Shown piece by piece: positions 1 to 9,007 of a DNA stretch of 36,031 nucleotides (position 1 is the stretch's first letter; the number at the start of each line of letters is the position of its first letter). The stretch is from positions 1 to 36,031 of IMG/VR virus record IMGVR_UViG_3300006169_000014; one strand, 5' to 3'. The notes beneath the pieces were generated by a model, which saw only the letters and a program-made list of their open reading frames with translations, did no database searches and was not told where the DNA came from. Source of the stretch: a virus (Duplodnaviria > Caudoviricetes). Position numbers and translations under genes: made by a program.

Positions 1-131
1 CGCCTGCCCACCTCTTCGTCGGTGAGACGGCGACCGATGCGACGCTCGACTCGATGAGCGCACAGAGCGAGAGCGAGCCGCCAGTGACGTTGGATCGGTG
101 GCCGCCGCCGCTGCGCCGTCTTCCTCGCCAT
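1..131 (-). CDS. hypothetical protein, partial (runs off window start)
   Basis: ATG at 131 overlaps the upstream TGA (TGATG); reads MARKTAQRRPPIQRHW... open to the edge. Confidence 0.5.
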   Translation of the reverse strand, partial: MARKTAQRRRPPIQRHWRLALALCAHRVERRIGRRLTDEEVGR

Positions 132-1213
132 CAGTACGACTCCGGGTTCGGGCCGCGGTCGATCTCAGTCGCGGGACCGGGGGGCGGCTCCGACGGCTGC
201 TGGGGCGGCACCGGCTCGGCCTCCCAAGCGTCAGGCGGATAGTCCTCGCCCTCTGTATCGATCGACTCCGGCTCGTGCTGCGGAGGCGGCGGGTGCAGCG
301 CGCCGACAGGCGCGCTGTCCGCAGGCCCGAAGGCGGCCTCCGTCGAGCCGAGGAAGCTCTTCATGATGCCGTCGCGGAACTGGCGGCGCGCCTCGGGGTC
401 GTCGCTCTGACCGGTGAACGTGACGCGAGCGACGCAGAAGGGGCGCTCGAGCTCGGCTCGGGTGTAAGAGCGGCGAATGCCGACGGCAGCGTACGCGCGG
501 TTCAGCGCCTTGCTCTCGGCGTGCCGCGTAATGAAACGCCGGAGCTCGCCGATCTGGTTGGCCGGGTCGCGGTTGTTCCGCTCCGCCTTGCGCACGGCGT
601 CGACGTACTCGGCGCCATAGGGCTCCCGCACGTCCATCTCCACCGAGCCCTGCTTCGTGAGCCACGTGCCGTCGAATTGGCGGAAGCGCACGACCACGGT
701 CCAGGCGCAGTAGTGCGGATCGCTGCCGTCGTCGGTGCGGCGGCTGCTCACCATCGACGCACCGGCGGCATTGCCGATAGAGGCGAGGTGCGTCCGGTCG
801 AGCGCAAACTTGTCGCCGACCTTGTAGAGGTGCGGGTCGTCGGGGCTGATATGCACGACGGCGAGCGCCACGCTGCAGCCCTCTGGAATCGCGCCCACCA
901 TCGTCGCTGGTGAGATCAGGTGGAAGTCCTGAGCGGCCTGCTTCAACGCCCTCGTCGCCTTGTCGGCGTTCGAGAAGCTACCCTCGATCGCGAGCGCCGT
1001 GGTCTGCTGCGCCTGCGACGGCTGCGGCTGAGCCGCCTGAGGTGAGGCCGCGGCGCGGCTGCCTCCTGCTCGCCGCGCGATCTCTCGCCTGGCGATCGTC
1101 TTGAGCTTCTCGCTCCGACACTCGTTTGCGTACCACTTGAGGTCCTTGTCGCCGACCTCAGTCACGGGTGTTTCCTTCTTGTCGCGGCCCACTTTCAGCG
1201 TTTCGACGGCCAT
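131..1213 (-). CDS. probable single-strand annealing protein (Rad52/Sak-like phage recombinase)
   Basis: 360 aa; AESKALNRA motif resembles the helix motif of Rad52-superfamily SSAPs; acidic Pro-rich tail; GGAG RBS. Confidence 0.55.
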   Translation of the reverse strand: MAVETLKVGRDKKETPVTEVGDKDLKWYANECRSEKLKTIARREIARRAGGSRAAASPQAAQPQPSQAQQTTALAIEGSFSNADKATRALKQAAQDFHLISPATMVGAIPEGCSVALAVVHISPDDPHLYKVGDKFALDRTHLASIGNAAGASMVSSRRTDDGSDPHYCAWTVVVRFRQFDGTWLTKQGSVEMDVREPYGAEYVDAVRKAERNNRDPANQIGELRRFITRHAESKALNRAYAAVGIRRSYTRAELERPFCVARVTFTGQSDDPEARRQFRDGIMKSFLGSTEAAFGPADSAPVGALHPPPPQHEPESIDTEGEDYPPDAWEAEPVPPQQPSEPPPGPATEIDRGPNPESY

Positions 1214-1251
1214 GTCTGAGCTCCTCGGATTGCGTGCGTTGTTTGAAGCGG

Positions 1252-1434
1252 TCAGGAGCTGCCAAGCTCCACGCCCAGGGAAGAGAAGTAGTCGGCGCGC
1301 TCGTCCTCGTCGCAGGTGGCGAGGAACTCCTCGAGGTGCCTGGCCTCGGCGGCCACGTCGCGGTCGGCGACCTCGCTCGTGATCGGCAGCCAGCGGCCGA
1401 GCCGCTCATTCCAAGTCTCGCTCGTGACGAGCAT
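1252..1434 (-). CDS. small acidic hypothetical protein
   Basis: MLVTSETWNERLG...; TGATG coupling to upstream gene. Confidence 0.55.
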   Translation of the reverse strand: MLVTSETWNERLGRWLPITSEVADRDVAAEARHLEEFLATCDEDERADYFSSLGVELGSS

Positions 1435-1772
1435 CAGCGCCACCCCCGATAGGGAACGCTGCTGCGGTCGAGCTCGTCGGCGAGCGCCATGAGATGGTCG
1501 AGCTCCTCGTCGGAGGCCTCGCCCGTCGCGAGCCGCTCGAGCAGCAGGTAGGCCCGCTCCTCCGCGGTGAGGGCGCGCGGCGCCGAGGCGACCTCGACGA
1601 TCCGATAGCACAGGATGTCGTCGGCGGCGTTCTGGAGAAGAGCGGTGCGTGTGGCGACGCTCGAGTAGCTCGAGTAGTCGACGCCGGCGAGGGGATGAAT
1701 GTCGTTCCAGTTGGCGCGGCAAGGCTGCGTCGGGCGCAGCTCTGCCGGCGCGATGAATTGAATCGCGAGCAT
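1434..1772 (-). CDS. hypothetical protein
   Basis: MLAIQFIAPAEL...; GC3-biased codons begin at ATG 1772. Confidence 0.55.
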   Translation of the reverse strand: MLAIQFIAPAELRPTQPCRANWNDIHPLAGVDYSSYSSVATRTALLQNAADDILCYRIVEVASAPRALTAEERAYLLLERLATGEASDEELDHLMALADELDRSSVPYRGWR

Positions 1773-1780
1773 GCACATCC

Positions 1781-1893
1781 ATTGTGTCACGTGGCGCGCG
1801 ACGAGCAACGCTATTAGCGGACCGGGCGTGACGTTTTTTCGAGCGCTTGTTATGGAACGTTCCATATGGAAACAAGTTATTCCAATTGGAATA
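1781..1893 (-). promoter_or_regulatory. putative leftward promoter with palindromic operator cluster
   Basis: AT-rich gap; minus-strand TTGCTC-N16-CACAAT with TGn extension (1808-1781); palindromes at 1851-1866, 1860-1871 and 1878-1893. Confidence 0.55.
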
Positions 1894-1904
1894 GTTGGCA
1901 GCCC

Positions 1905-2138
1905 TCACGAGCCGTCATCGATCTCGAGCGCGCGCTGCACGCGCCGCTGCACGAGGCGGTGGTAGAGCCCGCTCTCGACCGCCGCGAGGACGGCGGTGTC
2001 GACGTGGTGGCGGTCGTTGCCGAAGCGTCGGATCGCACCCCGCCGTTTGAGGTGCCGGCGCAGGGTGTCGCGGTCGACCCCAGCCACCTCCACGACCTCG
2101 TCGAGAGGCACGTACGCGGGCAGTTCCGGATCGCCCAT
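1905..2138 (-). CDS. small HTH DNA-binding protein
   Basis: YVPLDEVVEVAGVDRDTLRRHLKRRG is an excisionase/MerR-like HTH pattern; TGATG coupling. Confidence 0.6.
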   Translation of the reverse strand: MGDPELPAYVPLDEVVEVAGVDRDTLRRHLKRRGAIRRFGNDRHHVDTAVLAAVESGLYHRLVQRRVQRALEIDDGS

Positions 2139-3112
2139 CAGCATGCCTCCTGGATGCGCTGCGAGAGCCGAAGCGTCTGCCCGCCGGTTTCCGCGTCCGC
2201 GGCGTAGTGCCGGGCAAGCGCGAGCTCGAGGGTGGCGATCGCCGCCGTGTGAGCGACCGTCGCCATCGAGGCCACGACGACGTCGGTGCTGTGCCTGGCG
2301 AGCGCGAGCGCGCGGTGCGGGCGCTTGCCTCGTGGCAGCGCCAGACGCTCGACCAGCTTCCGCCCCGGGCGCGTGAGCGGCCAGAGCGCGAGCTCGACGG
2401 GCTCGCCGAGCCGCTGGCGCACGTACGTCCCGAGCTCGCCGTAGGCGACCTCGAGCGCGAGCACGCTCTGGTGCTGCCCGGTCTGGCGCATCAGCGCCAG
2501 CGGCGCGCCGACGGGCGACGTCGTATCCTCGTCGTCGGGCGAGTAGCCCGCCCGTTGCTCCGTGGTCCCCGCCGGGATCGCCTCGCACGGCAGCCACCCC
2601 TGTCCGCGGCAGCGCGCGCACCAGGCGAGCTCGTGATGCGGGTCGTAGTCGGGGTTGTCCGTCCAGACGCGCTTCCCGCCGACGTTCGTGAACCAGCCCC
2701 GGAGCGGCGTGAAGTACCCCGCGTTGTCGACCCAGCGCCGGCCGTGGAGGCCCGGCACGAAGCTGCCCCGCTTGCGGTAGCGGCCGGAACCGGTGCAGAT
2801 CGGGCACGGCCGGGTCGCTGCCTCCGGAGCCGGGTCGATCTTCCGCGCGACCTCGCCCTCTCCGCAGCAGTGCGTGCAGTCGATCTCGATGACGCGCTTT
2901 GGCGACGGGATGGTCTGCACGCGAGTGCCCTGGCAGCGCGGGCACGTCGCGGCCCGCAGCGAGAGCATGGCGGCCCGCTCGCAGGAGGCCGCCGTGATGC
3001 TCTTGCCGCCAGCGCCGGCGGCATAGCCGCCACGGCCGGCAGCCTGGGCCTCGAAGTGGTAGCGCAGCGCCTGCTCGACGAAGGGGCGGAGCGGCGCGGG
3101 ATACGTGCGCAT
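2138..3112 (-). CDS. DnaJ-type zinc-finger protein (four CxxCxGx(G/R)), possible antiterminator or late regulator
   Basis: CPRCQGTR, CTHCCGEG, CPICTGSG, CARCRGQG; lies downstream of the replication genes. Confidence 0.6.
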   Translation of the reverse strand: MRTYPAPLRPFVEQALRYHFEAQAAGRGGYAAGAGGKSITAASCERAAMLSLRAATCPRCQGTRVQTIPSPKRVIEIDCTHCCGEGEVARKIDPAPEAATRPCPICTGSGRYRKRGSFVPGLHGRRWVDNAGYFTPLRGWFTNVGGKRVWTDNPDYDPHHELAWCARCRGQGWLPCEAIPAGTTEQRAGYSPDDEDTTSPVGAPLALMRQTGQHQSVLALEVAYGELGTYVRQRLGEPVELALWPLTRPGRKLVERLALPRGKRPHRALALARHSTDVVVASMATVAHTAAIATLELALARHYAADAETGGQTLRLSQRIQEAC

Positions 3113-3642
3113 CACCACGTGCCTCCCCGGTCTGTGGAGCATCCAGCAGTACGCGCGAGCTCGGCGTCCAGCTCCTCCGCCGTCCAGCGCCGAGCCTCGC
3201 GGGGCGGCGCCGCGGGCGGAGCCTTGGCAGCGATTCGGTGCACGAGATCCACGGGGGCGGCGGGCTTTTGCTGCGCCGGATCGGCCGGCACCACTGCAGC
3301 ACCCGCCGCCCCGTTGGACACCACTAGGGCCTGAGCGGCCCGGTTGTACCTTTCGAGCTGCACGATCCGTGCACGCGGCAAGCTCGGGATTCGAGCGGCC
3401 CTCTCCCGAGCCAGCCGCGCGCGCTCGCTCTGCACGATGGCGGCGCTCGCCTCCCGAATCTCGGCAATCGATGGCAAGAACCGGCTCGTCGCGACCAGCC
3501 GAGCAACGGCGCGACGGGCGACGGCCACATCCAGGTCGACGAGCAGGGTCTCGTAGACCTGCGATGTACTCTCGCTCGTCTTCGCATTCGGGAACGCACC
3601 CATGAGCATCATGACGAGCTCGGCAGCTTCGGATCGTTTCAC
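3112..3642 (-). CDS. replicative helicase loader/inhibitor (SPP1 G39P-like)
   Basis: AFPN...FLPSIAEIRE signature; directly follows the replication initiator; GTGA overlap. Confidence 0.7.
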   Translation of the reverse strand: MKRSEAAELVMMLMGAFPNAKTSESTSQVYETLLVDLDVAVARRAVARLVATSRFLPSIAEIREASAAIVQSERARLARERAARIPSLPRARIVQLERYNRAAQALVVSNGAAGAAVVPADPAQQKPAAPVDLVHRIAAKAPPAAPPREARRWTAEELDAELARTAGCSTDRGGTW

Positions 3643-4625
3643 TTTCCACCTCCCGCAGCCGCCATCCGCTCCTGCTCTGCCTCCTGCTCGCGCAGCATCT
3701 GGACGCGGTCGGCTTGGCGTTGCAGGCGGGCGTCGGGATCGACTTGACAGCCTCGGGTGGAGCGGAGTTTGGCGCGCTTCGTCTCGCCCCACGTCTTCCA
3801 GTTGCCGAACTGGCGCCGCACGTAGCCCCTGAGTTCGCCGGCGAATACTCCCCGGCCTCCGCCGATGGGACCAGCCTTGAGCGAGGCGAATCGCTCGTCA
3901 ATGTCGTCGGGATGCACGCCCGCGGCGACGGCCGCTGCACGAAGCTCCTCGTCGATGGCGAGGTCCGGCGGGATGCGGTCCAGCAGCTCATCCGACGAGG
4001 CCAGGGCCGCCCACCGCTCGGCAACAACAGAAGGATCTGGTTGGGTTGGGTTGGGTTGGGGACGCGCGGGCGCCTGCGCTTGTACGCGCGTGGGCGGGCG
4101 CGCGCCCCTGAGGGGCGTCCCCTCGATGTCCCCCTGCTTGTCCCCCTGCTTGTCCCCCTCGATGTCCCCGGGGTGTCCCCCCGGATGTCCCTCGTTGTCC
4201 CCGGAACTGTCCCCCCGAGCGTGGGCTCGGAGGAGCTCGAGCTGTCGGCGGTGCTCCTCGCGCTGCCGGCGCTTCTTCAGCGCTGCCTTCTCCCGCCGGA
4301 GTTCCACTTCTTCCGGCGGTGGCGCGTGATCGAGGTAGTCGTGCAGCTGCCAGCCGCCGTCGACAGGATCAACCAGGCCGGCGCCGCGATTGCCATCACG
4401 GAGCAACCCACCGCATTCGACGAGCGCCTGCAGTGCCTTGCGGGGATTCCGAGGCGCACCGATCAGACCATCAATATCCTCGTCGGGAATGAACCCTTCA
4501 GTAGTCGGGTTCTTCGCGGCGTAACATTTGAGCGCCCACCACATCATGATCGCTTCGCCGCGCCCGAGCTTGTAGGCGCGCACGTACTTCTCGCAGCCGA
4601 CGAACTCCTCTTTCGCTGTGATCAC
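3639..4625 (-). CDS. phage replication initiator (RepA/O-like)
   Basis: winged-helix-like N-terminus ending GWQLHDYLDH, basic helix, internal DNA repeats and PNPTQP linker. Confidence 0.75.
   Translation of the reverse strand: MITAKEEFVGCEKYVRAYKLGRGEAIMMWWALKCYAAKNPTTEGFIPDEDIDGLIGAPRNPRKALQALVECGGLLRDGNRGAGLVDPVDGGWQLHDYLDHAPPPEEVELRREKAALKKRRQREEHRRQLELLRAHARGDSSGDNEGHPGGHPGDIEGDKQGDKQGDIEGTPLRGARPPTRVQAQAPARPQPNPTQPDPSVVAERWAALASSDELLDRIPPDLAIDEELRAAAVAAGVHPDDIDERFASLKAGPIGGGRGVFAGELRGYVRRQFGNWKTWGETKRAKLRSTRGCQVDPDARLQRQADRVQMLREQEAEQERMAAAGGGK
4116..4216. repeat. iteron array, putative replication origin
   Basis: TGTCCC at 4127, 4139, 4151, 4163, 4174, 4186, 4196, 4208 plus CGTCCC at 4116; spacing 10-12 bp. 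Confidence 0.75.
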
Positions 4626-5173
4626 GCCGCCCCCCGCAGGATGAGCGCGTCCGCGCCCTCGATGCCGCTCAGGCCCCAGTTCGCGACGACCCAGGCGTCC
4701 ATCTCGTCGCCGTCCCACCCCACAGGCAGCCCAGCGGTGCGGAGCACGGCCTGCACCTGGTCCTTCACCGGCGCTGGCTTCGGCGCGCCCTTCTTGCGCT
4801 GCGCGCTGAAGGTGCCGAGCAGAGTCCGAGCCGTCGCCGGCGGCACGACGGTGAGCGGCAGCCCGAGGCCCATGACCACGTCGCGCTTCAGGTTACCGCC
4901 GATCTCGCCGAGCGAGTGGCTGTTGGACATACGCGCACTGAACGCGTACTGCTCCATGAACACGTCGGTGACCTCGTGCTCCTGCGCGAACTCCATCATG
5001 CGTGTGCAGATGAAGTCGAGACGCTGGACGCGATCGGTCTCGCTGGCGCCCTTCTTGAGACCGAGCCCAAGCTTCACCCTCGCCACCTTCGACCAGTCGA
5101 GCCCCCAATCCGCCGGCACCGCAACGAGCCCCGTGCCCGTCAGCGAGGCGTCGATTCCCATCGCGACTCTCAT
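4622..5173 (-). CDS. RuvC-like Holliday junction resolvase
   Basis: GIDASLTGTG, VFMEQY and DEMDA acidic motifs of the RuvC fold. Confidence 0.85.
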   Translation of the reverse strand: MRVAMGIDASLTGTGLVAVPADWGLDWSKVARVKLGLGLKKGASETDRVQRLDFICTRMMEFAQEHEVTDVFMEQYAFSARMSNSHSLGEIGGNLKRDVVMGLGLPLTVVPPATARTLLGTFSAQRKKGAPKPAPVKDQVQAVLRTAGLPVGWDGDEMDAWVVANWGLSGIEGADALILRGAA

Positions 5174-5379
5174 GCTGAGCCTCCTGACCCAGGCTCGCCC
5201 TCTTCAGTGAGAATGAATGTCGCGCTGACCCAGGTGCCTGGCGCGAGAGTCATTCGTTCGGGCCCACTCAGCTCGAGCGCACCACTATCCAGGACCTTGA
5301 AGTCCTTCGCGGAGAAGTCCCGAAAGATCGGGGCTTCACGTGCCACGACTCTAACGCCACTGCGAAAACAGACCTTCAT
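5170..5379 (-). CDS. hypothetical protein
   Basis: MKVCFRSG...; ATGA overlaps at both ends. Confidence 0.55.
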   Translation of the reverse strand: MKVCFRSGVRVVAREAPIFRDFSAKDFKVLDSGALELSGPERMTLAPGTWVSATFILTEEGEPGSGGSA

Positions 5380-7211
5380 GCTGCCGTCCTCCCGAACTTC
5401 TCCAGGTACCGCTGCGCCAGGCGCTTGATGTGGTCGCCGTCGCGCTCGATGCGCTCGACGACATCGGAGCGGTGCGGATTGCGCACGCCCTCGATCTGCG
5501 CCCGTTTCACTCCGAGGACGTCGGCGATGACCGGGTCGCTGCCGCTCTCGGAAACGAGGTAGTAGCTCACGACCGGCTGCTGCTGGCCCGGGCGGTCGAT
5601 GCGACCGGTGCACTGCTCGTGCACGCCCGGGGACCAATCAAGCTCGCCGTGCACGCACGTGCGGCACACGCGCTGGAGCCCGTCCACGCCCTCGCCTGAG
5701 CGGAGGGAGATGATCATCAGCTTGGTGTCGCCGCCGATGAACGCCTGGACGGCAGCGTCCTTCTGCCTCGGCGTCTCGTCACCCGTAAAAAAGGCCGGCG
5801 AGAAGTGCCCGAGCCGCTCGCGCCACACATCGTAGACGGCCTTGTGCCAGCCGAACAGCACGACGGGCTCGTCGTCGGCGAGCAGCAGCTCGACGAAGTC
5901 GGCAACGTACGGCGCCTTGGCGAGCCCCGTCGCCTGGCGGAGCACCTGGTCGAGGTCGCCGCTCGCCCGGAAGCGGTCCTGCCTATCGGCACCCCTGTCG
6001 AGCACGAGGCGGGCGAGCTCGGCCGCCCGCGACTCGACGTCGTCGAAGGCACGGTGGTCGCTCTGGACGGTGTGGGGCACGACCGTCACGGGCGGCATCT
6101 GGAGGCCCACGTCGGAGCGCGTCCGGCGCAGCAGCAGGCCCTGCTCGCGCATCATTGACCCGAACGCGGCCGGGTCCTTCAGAGAGAGCTTGGGCTCGGC
6201 GCCCGTGCAGTGGGCATGCTTGAACTCCTCCCGCGTGCCGAGCGAGCCGGGCTTGATGGCGTCCATGACCCAGAAGAGCTCGCCCCCTCGGTTGTAGAAG
6301 GGCGTCGCCGAGAGGCCGAGCACGTAGTCGGCGTGCTTCGAGAGATGCGCCGCCGCCACGCACTTGAGGCTTCCGCCGAGCTCGTCGCCCTCCCCATCGA
6401 CCGGAGCGGCACCTCCCCGGAGCTCCTGGCACTCGTCGAAGACGATGTAGCGGATGACCCGCGCGAGCGTCTCGGCCCAGCCGTCGAGCTTGTGGTACGT
6501 CGACAGGAGCACGTCGGGGTGCCGGCCATCCTTCACGTAATCGTAGGGCTTCGCCTTGCCGAGCACGTGCACGTCGAGCGCGGGGGCGAAGCGCTCGAGC
6601 TCGCGGCGCCACTGCGAGATGAGGTGCGTCTTCGTCACGATGAGCGCGGGGCGCGTCTGCGCCATCACCAGGGGACAGATCGCGCTCACGGTCTTTCCGA
6701 CGCCGAGGTCGTCGCCCAGGATCATGCGCTTCACACCGAGCAGCATCTGGGCGGCGACGCGCTGGTAGTCCCGAGGCGGCAGGGCGAGCGGGATGTCGAG
6801 CGCCGGCACCTTGCCCGAGAGCAGCCGGTCGACGAGGGTCAGGAGTTCGCGGTGGGCGTCGGCGCCGGCGGCGAGGGCCTCGTCGTGCTCGACCTCGAGC
6901 GGATACCGCTCAGTGAACCAGGCGAGATCGCGGCACACCTCAGGCGTGTTGGTGAGCCGGATCGTCTTGTAACTCCGCCCGCTCGCCTGCGCGAACAGGC
7001 GCTTGGCCACGATCATCACGTGCGGCTCGGCGGTGAGCTCCCAGAGCCGAGACTTGTTGAGGCGGAGCGTGCCGTAGGTGCGGACGTGCGGCTCCTGCGG
7101 GGCGACCGTGGGCAGCCGGTTGACCCCGGGCACGGCCGGCGCGCCCCGGCGCGCGGGCGCTGCTGGCCGCCCGCGCGCGAAGAGCGACACCTGCTGCATC
7201 CGCCGTCCCAT
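5376..7211 (-). CDS. SNF2-family (SF2) helicase
   Basis: DDLGVGKT Walker A, FDECQ, LSATP, GEGVDGLQ, QCTGRIDRPGQ. Confidence 0.9.
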   Translation of the reverse strand: MGRRMQQVSLFARGRPAAPARRGAPAVPGVNRLPTVAPQEPHVRTYGTLRLNKSRLWELTAEPHVMIVAKRLFAQASGRSYKTIRLTNTPEVCRDLAWFTERYPLEVEHDEALAAGADAHRELLTLVDRLLSGKVPALDIPLALPPRDYQRVAAQMLLGVKRMILGDDLGVGKTVSAICPLVMAQTRPALIVTKTHLISQWRRELERFAPALDVHVLGKAKPYDYVKDGRHPDVLLSTYHKLDGWAETLARVIRYIVFDECQELRGGAAPVDGEGDELGGSLKCVAAAHLSKHADYVLGLSATPFYNRGGELFWVMDAIKPGSLGTREEFKHAHCTGAEPKLSLKDPAAFGSMMREQGLLLRRTRSDVGLQMPPVTVVPHTVQSDHRAFDDVESRAAELARLVLDRGADRQDRFRASGDLDQVLRQATGLAKAPYVADFVELLLADDEPVVLFGWHKAVYDVWRERLGHFSPAFFTGDETPRQKDAAVQAFIGGDTKLMIISLRSGEGVDGLQRVCRTCVHGELDWSPGVHEQCTGRIDRPGQQQPVVSYYLVSESGSDPVIADVLGVKRAQIEGVRNPHRSDVVERIERDGDHIKRLAQRYLEKFGRTAA

Positions 7212-7582
7212 CAGAAGAAGCTCCCGAGCAGGACGAGGCACTCGAGCGGTTTCCCGTGAAGCTCGGCGGGCACGTCGCTGCTCTGCGCCCGCGCCGTCAC
7301 GACGAGCAGCTCGCGCACCGAGTCGTGCTGGGCGTAGCGGGAGAGCTGGCGCAGCAGCTGGTTCAGGGCGCCGTGCCGCTTCACCTCGATCGCGACGGAG
7401 CCACCGACGAGGAAGTCGAGCCGCTCCGTGGGCGATAGGCGCGCCTCCCGCTCGAACGCGTAGCCACCCAGGCGCAGCGCCTCGGCGATCCCGACCTGGA
7501 TCGACTCCTCGCTGGCGAGGTTGTAGCGGAACTCGCCCAGGTGGAACATCAGGCCCGCCGCGGTCGCGGTCTGCGGCTGCAC
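7211..7582 (-). CDS. PD-(D/E)xK family nuclease
   Basis: E...RLDFLV...IEVK...QLSRY; coupled to the helicase gene. Confidence 0.7.
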   Translation of the reverse strand: MQPQTATAAGLMFHLGEFRYNLASEESIQVGIAEALRLGGYAFEREARLSPTERLDFLVGGSVAIEVKRHGALNQLLRQLSRYAQHDSVRELLVVTARAQSSDVPAELHGKPLECLVLLGSFF

Positions 7583-7585
7583 CGG

Positions 7586-7909
7586 TCAGCCCTCCTCGTC
7601 CGTTGCCGGCGCGGGCCGGAAACCCGCGCGAAGGCGCGCAAGCTCTTGGGCGGCGACATCGAACTGCTGCTGCCACGGTTGTTCCGCAATGCCGAGCTCG
7701 GCGGAGAGGCGCGTTACGTTGACCTGTAGCGCGAACAGCCCTGCAGCAGTCTGGCATTCAAACTTGAAACCAGCCTGGTCTTCGCCGAGCTCGATCTCCA
7801 CGAGCAACTCTCGCAACAGTGAATCGGCAGTCGTCACCGAGGCGAGCACCGGGGCGTAGGCTCTAAAAAGCCTGAGCTGGCCGCGATTGATTGTGACCTC
7901 GTCCATCAT
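7586..7909 (-). CDS. hypothetical protein
   Basis: 107 aa; GAGGAGG RBS; ATGA overlap. Confidence 0.6.
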   Translation of the reverse strand: MMDEVTINRGQLRLFRAYAPVLASVTTADSLLRELLVEIELGEDQAGFKFECQTAAGLFALQVNVTRLSAELGIAEQPWQQQFDVAAQELARLRAGFRPAPATDEEG

Positions 7910-8547
7910 CCCTCCTCATCTGTTGCCGGCGCCGGATCGACGACGGCGATCCAGATCGTGTCGTCGCCCTCGGCGCGCACGAGCAGGCGCTCGTCGTCCT
8001 GGGGCGGCGGATAGCAGTCGACCGCGGGGACGCCGGCGGCCGCGCCGAGCCTGCCGAGCAGTTTCAGCGAGGCCGTTTGAAGCGAGAGCGCCTTGAGTCC
8101 CTTCGAACGCGTCGGGATCTTCAGCCGCCGGTCCCATTCCTCACTGTCGGCGAAGGAGATTTGGGCGCTTGCCGCTCCGCTGCCGGGCCACGAGAACGTG
8201 GCCACCTCGCGCCCCTCGGCAGTCTCGACCGCGGCCTCGTGCAGGCTTGCCCCGCTGAACTTCAAGAGCACGTGGTGGGTCGAGTCGGCCAGGCGCGCGA
8301 GCCCGCTCAGGAACGCTCGGGTGACGAACCACTCCTGCTCGAGCTCCACGCCGCTGTGGCCGAAGGCGTCGACCGCGACGTTGCCGTCGGTCGATCGCGC
8401 CTTGACGACCCAGCTGTCGCCGCCGGCGGGCACCGTCACCTTGAAGTGCACGCCGTAGTAGGCGCTCGAGGCGTCGGTCGCCGCGAACGAGAGCAGCGCG
8501 GTCAGCTCCGCCTTGCTCAGCTTCAGGCCGTTGGTTGTCAGCATCAT
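7906..8547 (-). CDS. DNA polymerase III beta-clamp-like protein (partial clamp)
   Basis: FAATD...YYGVHF...STDG and EWDRRLKIP resemble DnaN middle-domain motifs. Confidence 0.5.
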   Translation of the reverse strand: MMLTTNGLKLSKAELTALLSFAATDASSAYYGVHFKVTVPAGGDSWVVKARSTDGNVAVDAFGHSGVELEQEWFVTRAFLSGLARLADSTHHVLLKFSGASLHEAAVETAEGREVATFSWPGSGAASAQISFADSEEWDRRLKIPTRSKGLKALSLQTASLKLLGRLGAAAGVPAVDCYPPPQDDERLLVRAEGDDTIWIAVVDPAPATDEEG

Positions 8548-8726
8548 GCTCGTGGGGTCTCCTCTTGGGGTTCGGTGGTGGGGGCCAATCGGTCGTCGAG
8601 GTACTCGAGCACGCGACTCCGCGCTTTCGCGTCGAGCGGCATGAGCACTCGGAGGCATGCGTCGATCGCCGCGATCTCGCGGTCGGGCTCTGGTTTGAAG
8701 AACTCAGGAGGTATCGTCTGGCTCAC
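8544..8726 (-). CDS. hypothetical protein
   Basis: 60 aa, coupled at both ends. Confidence 0.55.
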   Translation of the reverse strand: MSQTIPPEFFKPEPDREIAAIDACLRVLMPLDAKARSRVLEYLDDRLAPTTEPQEETPRA

Positions 8727-9007
8727 GCGCTCCCTCCAGGTGCGTTGCCGACGCGCGTGATGAACTCAAATTCAGCGAGCACCGCGCACAGGCCAGACAC
8801 GGCCTGCACGTCGAGTTGCACGCCCGTGTACCGCTCGATGCCGGCGGCGAGCTCGTCGAGCGGGGGCAGGAGTCCGCCGACCTCGAAAATCACGAGGCAC
8901 GCGGCGCGGATGGCATTGATCAACCACCCTGGCATCTCGGCGAAGTCGGGGTGCCAGGGCACGGTGTACATCACCCTCTCGCTGCGCCGTCGAGCGGACG
9001 GCATCAC
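8723..9007 (-). CDS. hypothetical protein
   Basis: 94 aa, coupled at both ends. Confidence 0.55.
   Translation of the reverse strand: MMPSARRRSERVMYTVPWHPDFAEMPGWLINAIRAACLVIFEVGGLLPPLDELAAGIERYTGVQLDVQAVSGLCAVLAEFEFITRVGNAPGGSA

Noticed and set aside
4041-4060. (TTGGG)4 as a telomere-like repeat
   Set aside because: Encodes the PNPTQP linker typical of phage replication initiators
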